Source: Octopus vulgaris
Lineage: Eukaryota
Assembly (NCBI GenBank): GCA_951406725.2
Contig: OX597815.1
Span: 141,484,001-141,548,000, forward strand
DNA length: 64,000 bases
Direction: 5' to 3'
Below the pieces are notes generated by a model that had not been told where the DNA came from, searched no databases, and saw nothing but the letters and a program-made list of their open reading frames with translations. The number at the start of each line of letters is the position of its first letter. Within the stretch, counting starts at the first letter, position 1. Made by a program: the position numbers and the translations under genes. Below, in pieces: positions 54,461 through 64,000 of this stretch.

Positions 54461-56700
54461 CTCAAGATATTTTGCCAGTCCTATTGTGATGGTTTTGTAG
54501 GAGATTTCAAACTTGATCAAGCCTGGACTCCCTTAAGCTCTGGGTAGGTAAAGACCCAGTGTCTGCCTTTGGGTGGTGCATCTTCTTTCAAGTCAGCATC
54601 TTACGGATGTTCTTGTCAATCTTCCTTATTTCGCTCAAATTCTTCTTCAACATAATTGAAACTGTAAGAAATTTATAGCTGTTTCGTGCATTTAACTCGG
54701 ATTTTATACTGCTTGAACTCTTCTGTAACACTCCTTGCTGATCTTTTCTTTCATACTTGCATACCGAGTGTCAGAGCCCTTTTTTATTATAAGGTATTTG
54801 TAAGTTCGTCTCAACCTATAACTCCACTGAATATACCGTCTTCAGTTTCCCTTCTTGGAAAGTGTCCTTGGCACGTTTTTTAAGACCAACGTCCATCCCA
54901 TTGTCCCCAAGGAATGATTTTACAGTACGTAGCAATCCCTCAAGCTCATTATCGTTTTTGCCATAGAGTTTTAAGTCATCCATATAAAATAGAAGACTTA
55001 TTTTCTTGTCGCCAATTTTATATCCATATCTTGTTATGTTAAGTTAACTTGTAAGGGTAATAGGGTGATACAGAAAATTAAGGGTGAAAGTGACACACCT
55101 TGGAAAATGCCGCAGTTGTGTTAACATATTTTGTGGTCAGTACTCCGTGAGAGTGGTATAGTTGGAGATTCGTATTCCACACTGCTATGTTGTACTTGAG
55201 GAAGTTTGAAATCACAGGAGAAATTTTGAAGATATCCAACGATTTCAAGATCAATAAATGCGGTATGCCTTACAGAACTGAGATTTGTGCGTTTGTTATG
55301 ACATTTATCAAGGATCATACGATTGATTAAGATTTGGTCTTTGCATCCATATGAGATTCGTCAGCACCCATTTTGTTCAGTGGAGATAATATCGTTCTTT
55401 TCCATAAATTTGTATACTTTCTCCACCAGGATGGACGTTAAAATTTCATACGTGGTACATAGACATGTTATGAGCTGAGTGTTTTGGGGAGATTTGGTTT
55501 CATTATTCTTCGAGGGTAGGTAAGTCATGTGTTTTCACAAGATCTCTCGTGATTTCATTGAATAACTGAACTCACATTTCGTGTGCGCATGGGGGTGAGG
55601 TGATTCAGAAAATTGGCACCCCGTCATTACCAGGGGATTTCCACTAATGAGCCATAGGCATACAACTGGTTTCAATCGTCTTAGAAGCTACGTAATTAAT
55701 TCAGTGAGATCTGGTTTTAGTTCTTTTATATTTTCCATTGTTACATCATACCTATTATTACCACTACCACCACCACCACTACTGCGTCTGTCACTATTAC
55801 CAGTATCTCTACTACCACTTCCACCAGTAGTATCATCACTAGTACTTTTGTTCTTGCTTTTGGTAATATCGCCACCACGCATTAGGGTTTAGGTTGGGTC
55901 TATGTTTACATGAATGTTAATTTTGTGGCTACCGCTATGACTGGTTTTACTGTTATTTATATGACTAGAAAGAGATATAATGATGTTATTGGTCTTATTA
56001 TCGCTATCATTGATAGTTCTGTTATCCATGTTTTCTTTTGTTTTTGAAGTCAGTGTAGTTGCGGTGGTTATTGCTGTTGTGGTGGTTATGTTTGCAGTTT
56101 TCTAATTGCAGTTGTTATTAATGTTGTTGGATTCTACAAGTTTGTGTATGTGTTTATTTGTGGAAACTTCTAGTTTCCATCAAATATTAGTGAATAGCTT
56201 TCCAATTTTAGATAGACAATGATATTTATTTTCTAAAACGTAACGTATTTTAGAATTCATATCAAGAGAGATGTTTAACTTACATCCCATTGTACAGTGT
56301 CATATTTTGTGATGGTGTTGTTTGACTGCGTGTTATGTTAAAGATTTTCTTGTAATCCAGGCCTGTCTACTTCCCAGAGTACAGTCGGAGATATTAATTC
56401 TATCAATGTCATCGGGATATTTTCTTTTAATTCTGCTAAGCTGTGACTATTGTTGATTCACTTTAATTTGCTGTTAGATTCTGTATTATAGGCATGGGTT
56501 ATGTATAAGTATACATGTTGAATGACTTCCATAAGCTTTGTTTTCTATAGTGGTGTGAAAATGCTTCCAATTTATTACAGTATGCTCAATTTTCGTGTCA
56601 TTCTAGTGGATTTGTATGTATTTGCTTGCTGATATTTTGTATTGTGCGCTTTAATTTTCCAGATTCATACCATAAAGTTAAGTTTTATTACAGCTGAATT
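54461..56700 (-). mobile_element. Non-LTR retrotransposon RT remnant, R4/Dong-like (RLE group)
   Basis: Minus strand EQNGC*RISYGCKDQILINRMIL..NLS..AFIDL; GIFQGVSLSPLIFCITLLPL; KISLLFYMDDLKLYGKNDNELEGLLRTVKSF..GMDVGLKKRA. These match the EQKGC/GCKDQL, GIFQGDSLSPL and YMDDLKLY signatures of R4-clade RTs. The upstream boundary is approximate. Confidence 0.8.
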
Positions 56701-56756
56701 TATGGAATTCATATCTGGCTTAGTGTTTATGCATTCTTATGAAGCGATGTTGTTGA

Positions 56757-56984
56757 TTTCTTAACTACCCACAAGGGGCTAAATACAGAGGGGACAAACA
56801 AGGACAGACAAAGGGATTAAGTCGATTACATCGACCCCAGTACGCAACTGGTACTTAATTTATCGGCCCCGAAAGGATGAAAGGCAAAGTCGACCTCGGC
56901 GGAATTTGAACTCGGAACATAACAACAGACGAAATACGGCTACGCATTTCGCCCGGCGTGCTAACGTTTCTGCAGCTCGCCGCC
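56757..56984 (-). mobile_element. Young tRNA-derived SINE (family C) with a perfect 20-bp TSD
   Basis: Head GGCGGCGAGCTGCAGAAACGTTAGC..GAGTTCAAATTCC, core GTCGACTTTGCCTTTCATCCTTTCGGGGCCGATAAATTAAGTACCAG; TSD ttatgaagcgatgttgttga at 56737-56756 and 56985-57004. Confidence 0.93.
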
Positions 56985-57882
56985 TTATGAAGCGATGTTG
57001 TTGAGTGGTTATTCTAATCTTGAAACAAGAACATGATGTTTGGGTGAAGCTAAGAATATTTCGCTTTTTATTATGGCTGACAAATAGGTCTAGATCAGAT
57101 GAGAGCACGACAGAACTCTAGTGCAACTAGCTGACTGACTGACCGAAGAATTTATAAAGCAATCCATTAGTTAACAGATTAAATTGGTAGCGAGCTCACG
57201 AAATGCAACAAAACAAGTGAAATAGAACCAGTGCATATGTTTCTCATTGATATAATGACACTGCCAATATAAAAACATTGTGCTGCTGCACTGCTGTGGA
57301 GAATTCCCATTACAAAAAATAACTGGGGATCATTTACCTCAATAGGAGTATATGATGTGGTACACTACTTGAAAATAAACAGATGTAGAATTGTGCTTAC
57401 AGTCTTCTTAAATAATTTTTCATCGTTGATAGCATTATCGGTAGGTGCAATATTGCTCTATCACAAGAATTTGTCACTGGAGTAGATATGAGGAATATGT
57501 GGAAAGGCATCAGGACTTAATTGGAAATTTGATGATATGAATCCTGTGATCAAGTTTAACTTGTGAAGGTAAATTGTAATGCTAGTAACCGGTTTATATT
57601 TCTTAACTTGGATCGGCAAATGTGACGATTTAATGGAGATTCTTGCATGTTTAGACCTTTGAAATGATAGGAAATATGTGACGAAAGTTTCCTGATCGGG
57701 CTAATTTTACTTAATCGAAAATTTTATTACTTACTCTGGTATCACTAACAAAACCTCAAAAGCCCGCACCCGGTGTGCGTGTGTGGGTGTATTTATGCAT
57801 GTGTACGCGTGCGTGAGATAGAGGGAGTGAAAGAGCGAGGGAGAAAGAGAGAGATAGAAAGTATGAGTGTGTGTATATGTGT

Positions 57883-57933
<51 letters not shown>

Positions 57934-58129
57934 TGTGTGTGTGTGTGTGTAAGAGTGAGTTTTGCATGGGCGTTTGTGTTGTGTATTTGGCTCTGTATTC
58001 ATGCGCCTGAATTCATTCACGGAACCTTAGCTTAAATTTCTTCACTGCAGCGAAGTAAAGTAACTCTCATGTAAAATATGTAAACAGGTCGCAGAGAAAA
58101 TCAGAGATAAATTATGTCGGTGACGAGGC

Positions 58130-58550
58130 CAGTCGATTGCATCAGCTTTAGTGTTTAAATGGTTCTAATTTTATCGACCCCGAAACGATGAAAGGCAAAA
58201 TTGACCTCCGCGGAATTTGGACTCAGAACTCCCAGGCGACAGAAATGTCGCTAGGCATGTTTCCCTTCAGATTTCTTCTTTTCCCAACCCCACTTCCTTT
58301 CTCTTTTTCCTCTTCCCTTCGTTCTAAAGCCTTTTGTGAGGTGGTGAACTATGAGAATCGTTGGCACGCTGGACAAACTGATGAGCGGTTCGTCGGTCTT
58401 TACGTTCTGAATTCAAATTCCGCCGAGGTTACTTTTGTTTTTCATCTTTTCGGAATTGATAAAATAAGTATCATTGAAATACTGCGGTCGAAGTAATTGG
58501 CCTGTCACCTACAGTCGGAAACGGTTGGCCCTATGTCAAAATTAAAATAG
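58130..58550. mobile_element. Two degenerate family C SINEs in opposite orientation
   Basis: 58130-58260 (minus) 'ttatcgaccccgaaacgatgaaaggcaaaattgacctccgcggaatttg'; 58335-58550 (plus) 'ttcaaattccgccgaggttacttttgtttttcatcttttcggaattgataaaataagta'. Confidence 0.7.
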
Positions 58551-58555
58551 TAGTA

Positions 58556-58927
58556 CTAGTAGCAGCAGTAGTTGTTATTGTTATAGTATTGTTCACGACA
58601 GTGGCAGTTGCGGTAGTGGTAGAGCTCGTGGTTGTTGTAGCATAGATGTGGATATAGTTGTAGCTGTAAAATCGTTATTATAATCTTTGTCAATTTTATA
58701 ATTGTTAACATCAGTATAATTACTAGCATTGTTATTACATATATGTACAAGTTTACTACTACCACTGTGACTGCTATTTCCCTTTCCGATACTACTACTG
58801 CATCTACCGCTAGCACTGCCGCTTCCGGCAACATCACTGCTACTACAGCTACCACTACTGTTGCTGCTACTACGATTAAGGCTACTACAATTAGTATAAC
58901 AAGAATTTCTACTGCCTCTACTACTAT

Positions 58928-58966
<39 letters not shown>

Positions 58967-59190
58967 AATACTATTACTACTACTACTTCTCCTACTACTA
59001 CTACTACTATTACTAGAACTACTACTAGAACTACTACTACTACTAGAACTACTACTACTACTGCTGCTGCTGCTGCTATAACCACGAATTCTGCCAGTAC
59101 CGCTACTCCTACTACCAGAAATATTTCTATAACCACAACAACTACTGCTGCGACTATTACTATTGCAACAGCTACTCTGACTTGCCCTCT
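58556..59190. repeat. Degenerate (CTA/TAG)n low-complexity trinucleotide region
   Basis: Runs of ctactacta and gtagtt; source of the poly-T/L/S/V ORFs. Confidence 0.9.
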
Positions 59191-62100
59191 CCAAAAGGCC
59201 TCATCTTGAAACCTTTAATCTCTTGACTCATATAGTAATCGTCTTTATAAATGCCAAATGAAGAGAGAATGGGCAAAAGAAAGAATATACAAAGGATACA
59301 CATGGGAAATTTGACTGGCGACTGTTGGTGCTACCACATATGGTTGCTTTTGGAGATAGCTAGATACCAAAAGTCATTGATAACCGACCAGAATGAGCAC
59401 CCAATCAGAACGACTGACCTTTGATAACAAAAACAAATCAACAGTATAGGGAATATCTCAACATTTATATAAATCGCGATATATAAATGGAATCAGTAAC
59501 AGCACACGTTTGTCACTGACCAGGGGATTTCTTCCGTATAGCTCACTGATTTTTAAATTACGCTTTTTATTTAATTAAATAGTTTGAAACTTCATATACT
59601 GGTGTGATTTCTTACGCTGAACAGGGTTTACTTTCAATAATTTTGACAAAATTTCGTATTTTAGAAGTTACTGTTAAAATTGTAGTAATTGGTTAATTTT
59701 AGCAAATCAACGACGGGTATTCAGCTGAAGAAACCTAATGCTGTTTGCGATAGTGATCGGAGAGCAACAACTTCCGAGTCATTTCTACTAAATGTCACCA
59801 CTCTGTTCTATTTTATTTCTGCTTACTGCCTGTGTTGCATACTACATGCTTTTCTTTTTTGGCTTTTCCATCGCGTCTTTGTACATTTGGCAGTGTTGAT
59901 TATTTTCATCAGTATGATTATTTTCATCAATCTGTTGTAGCTTATTTTATGACAGAAAATTATACACTTATTACCTCGGCAAACACAAACAGAATTTCCC
60001 CTGCTGTAACGTATGTTAAATTTTACGATATTTCGTGATATAAGCGAGGCAGGAATCAACATATGGATATTTACTTAATACAACGAACAATTCACTAATA
60101 TATATTATACAAGAAATTGTCAAATGGTGAGATTCTTACAAATGACAAAATCTTTAATGAGATGTTGTAATAAGAAAAAAGGAAATCCTTTGTTGCAGCG
60201 CAGCATTTATATTCCCTCAATACAAATGCTTTCTCCGAAATGATTGTAAGGTTTTGTACAACTGCTTTTCTATGAATTGTAATATTGGGGCACTTGAAAC
60301 CTAATATATATATAGATAGATAGCTAGATAGATAGTTAGATAAATAGATAGATAGATAGATAGATAGATAAAAGAGAGAGAGTGTGATATGGTAAATGAT
60401 TGACGGAATATAGAATATCTATATAAGTAGAAAGAAGAGCATTAGGTCTAAACATCAGGCAGTGTCTAAACATAATCTAGTCTTGTCAGCTGTTGTAGTC
60501 ACAGAAATTGTAAGGGATGGTATATTCCTATAATCGCTGAAATGCTTATAGCTCGTTTTTAATATTTTGAGAGGCGTTAGATATAAGATATTATGAAAAG
60601 ACTAAATTTTGGGGTGAAGAGAGGCAATTGATTATAATGCATAATCTACTCCTAATTCCTATAAAGTTTTGACTGTCATGGCTGGAAATTAATTTACAAA
60701 TTATAAAGCTAAGAAGGCATCAGAGTCTGACAATATTTGAAAATATTTCAAAGAAAATCATAGTGAAAATAAGAAGACCAATAACTTGAAAATAATCATC
60801 AGACTCCAAACACATTTTCTTGGAGTGAACAAATCAATATCATCGATCCTAATACTTGACAGGTAGTTATTTTATCGACTGCGGATAAATGAAATTTCAA
60901 TCAATGCTGACGAAATTCAAAATCCCCAAAAGATTAGAAAAATGCTTTTATTGGTTTTTGTCAGTAGAAATGTTTTTTTATCCCTGGAGTTTTGACACCG
61001 CTAAGATCAGCACAGCGAATTTACCACATCAATAAGTGAAATTGCCAGTTACAATAAAGAAAATCCAGAACTCCATATGTCGCAAGAGAAGCAGCATTGA
61101 GTGAGTTATAATGGCTGGGTGGGATCCGACGAAAGACAGCATTTCCAAAAGGCAGATGCCACTCGAATAGCGTTAGAGAAGATAGAGTGAAGAGTCAACA
61201 CATTTGAGGAATAGTTTGACGTCAATCAATTTTCTAAATCAAAATATGTAACCCTATCCAAAAATAATTATTGCGTCCACTACATTTCTCATAACATACT
61301 TTAAATGTACTAGAAGCAAACTGGATTTTAATTTAAAATATTTCCTTAGGTATTTCCGAAGAAATTTATTAATAATAGAATAATTAAATAATAATAAAAT
61401 AATTACCTTATCTGCTTTTCTTTTAATGGAAACAAAAGAAGATGATATTAATTCTTCCATTGGGTTTAGCATAGTAACATTATAGATTCGTGATTATATA
61501 ACCAATGCACTATTCACTAGGCCATAAACATTATACTTAAGAGACCGCGTCTATGTAAGTTTTGGTGGGTTTGATTATTCGCATCTGTATGTGCATGTAG
61601 TCTTTCATAGATGTGCTTACTATATAAAAATCACGGGTATGTGCTATATCTAACATGAAATCAAGCATGATGTCTTGAATATGCACTGAAGTAACAAGTT
61701 TGGGAGTATTGCAAGAACTAAGCAGGACAATGAATGAAACTTAAATATAGGTGACCCTTTTCCAACAAAATACTTGAGATAATTGCAAAACTGAGTTGCG
61801 GGTAGACATCTATCTTTAAGCTGAGGTGAAGGCAGCTTCACCATCTGTGGTGGAGGCAGCGCAGTGAATAATATTTGATATGAGAAACCAGTATCATAAT
61901 TACGGTACTATCGTTTCTAATGCTTAGGAATAATAGCAATGCTTTATGGATCTTTGAAAACATCATTGTTACTTTATTAAGAATAGCGTAAATGATATAC
62001 ATATAGCGATGATGTCATAACACGAGTTATGGAGTAAGGCGTAGAGCGGATTACTTCTTTAAGGGTTACTCGATAACAAGTATTTTTGCAAGCTTATTGA

Positions 62101-62483
62101 ATACGTTTAGACGCAATGCAAACCATTCCTTGTCGAAGAGTGTAATAACTATTCTTGTTGGGAATGTATTTGTAAGGTCAAATCACAAACAGGAAGAGAG
62201 GAAAAAGAAAACAATGAAAAAAGAAAGAAGAACAGCGGGGAGAGAGATAATAAAAAATTGAAGAGAATGAAAAAGTACTGGTTAGTGGTCAGTCAAGATA
62301 AATTGGTAGAAGGAACGGGGGTGATGGTCATAGAGAGAGAAATGTATTAATGTCAGGTATGTAGTGATAGATCCTAAGTAAGTGGCAGAGAGAAGGGGTA
62401 GAGGTAGTAAAATGGTGGAGTGAAGAATTTGGGAATACAGGTTAGGTTGGTTAGAGGACAAGTTGGGGCTTAGTAGTAGAAGA

Positions 62484-62540
<57 letters not shown>

Positions 62541-62744
62541 CGCGCGCGTGTGTGTTTGTGTGAAGGTGTATGCACATGCATATATTAAACATGTATATAG
62601 ATATTTATACATATGACCATCACACCTACACATACAACACGTACTCATATGCATTTGTGCATGCGTACGCCCATATATATACGTGTAACTGTATGTATTG
62701 TTACCTCTGCACACGCAGGTATATATACCTTGCATACATACACA

Positions 62745-62779
<35 letters not shown>

Positions 62780-62959
62780 GTACATATGTACGTTCGCAGG
62801 TATATACAAATATAATTAATTGATTGTAATATTCGAGTATGAAAGAGGAATTAGATAGGCTTTAGGAGTTAGAATGTAAATTTATAAGGTTATTGGGATT
62901 ACCTAAGGGTAATGTGGAAATATACAGTATGGTCATTTAGGCATTTGGATTAGTGTTAT

Positions 62960-63275
62960 GGTTTGAATGTGTGAAAAAAAAGCGGTGGTTGCATGTGCTT
63001 AGTACCTCATTATGTTTATTTAGCAGTGTTGGAGAGTTGTGCTTTAATATATGAAGCGCCTCCTTCAGGCAAAGATTGCAGGTTGAGAGTTGACCTCAGT
63101 AGGGAAGCCATGAATCCAGTAGTGACCATGATAGTGTATGGGGTATATTTTTATTTTTGAGATGATGTATGTGGTTGGCGAGTGTTGTAGATTTACTATG
63201 TTTACCGTATCTAAAAGTATGGAGGTGAGCGGCATACCGTTGCTTTTTAGTTGATCCTACGGCTGTAGAGTTTGA
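62960..63275 (-). mobile_element. GIY-YIG C-terminal fragment of a different PLE lineage (Naiad-like)
   Basis: Minus strand VGSTKKQRYAAHLHTFRYGKHSKSTTLANHIHHLKNKNIPHTLSWSLL..LPY*GQLSTCNLCLKEALHILKHNSPTLLNKHNEVLSTCNHRFF fits the RY..H..SF/T.LS.HIW.LK/C.LCL.E/LLNK..E..S.C.H pattern. Confidence 0.72.
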
Positions 63276-64000
63276 ATAAAAGTATAATTTGAAAACTGAA
63301 TTTCGAAAAACACAAAAATTTGATACATATGAATACATACATACACTCATACAAGAACACACACAGAAGTGTGTGTGTGTATTTGTGCGTGTGTTTGCGC
63401 TTGTGTGTATATTTGAAATCCTTATGTTGTGTAATAAATAACGCACATTTTATTGCTTCGCAAAATTTGTGGAAAGCGGGAAAGATATTTAAGTCAGCTG
63501 GTGAACACAACTTACTTATTGAAAGATGCAATATTATTACTATAAGCACCAGTTTAAGCCTACCATTGCTGATTGCGATCCAATGTCGTAACAAATTTCA
63601 AATGAAACTCTTTACCGTAACATTCCTAAATCATTTGAAATTGATATATGAAAGTGATATTATAATAATACTTTTATGTTTTTCTCCTACGCAACATACG
63701 AATGAGAAAGGAAGGGGTGACAGATGAATAAGGGAGGAAGGGTGATGGCAAACTGGTAGTGTGATGATAAATACCAAGCTAGTACATTGATGCGGTGACT
63801 AAAATTGCCGATTATACAACATGTGATCTCATCAGAAAAATGGTATCCTCTGTTCTAGATTGCTATGACATGTAAAGTTTGACAAATCATATTCGGACAA
63901 AGCTGAAATTCTACGGTGAAAAAAATCGTTAATAAAAGAATTAGTAAACTAAAAATTTGGTTGTGTACCTTATTTATACATAAAATCGTACAATTAGACG

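Noticed and set aside
63096-63098. In-frame TGA in the Naiad-like endonuclease as a possible selenocysteine codon
   Set aside because: It falls after PY at a position not expected to be Cys, the nearby Cys residues use normal codons, and the fragment is decayed, so a nonsense mutation is more likely.

Overview
AT-rich, microsatellite-dense eukaryotic DNA made almost entirely of transposable-element remains. I found no convincing host protein-coding exon, rRNA, true tRNA gene or CRISPR array. The SINE families and the (TA)n/(CA)n landscape look like a coleoid cephalopod, most likely Octopus (inferred from repeat recognition, not verified). Penelope-like retroelements (PLEs) dominate. One nearly intact, 5'-truncated Neptune-type element (RT + GIY-YIG, 15575-18503) is broken only by a 1-bp frameshift. 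There is also an inverted second copy of that family, GIY-YIG fragments of at least two other PLE lineages, and several terminal-repeat (pLTR) remnants. At least seven hammerhead-ribozyme-like motifs sit in these termini; several share non-canonical catalytic cores (CUGUYGAA, CCGAYGA), and one pair forms a ~340-bp inverted hairpin. Also present are RTE, CR1/L2-like and R4/Dong-like LINE remnants, three tRNA-derived SINE families, mariner/Tc1 and Chapaev-like transposase fossils, non-autonomous Helitron-like elements, a long-TIR MITE and several unexplained palindromes. Most ORFs in the supplied track are translations of microsatellites. Element boundaries were read by eye and may be off by tens of bases.
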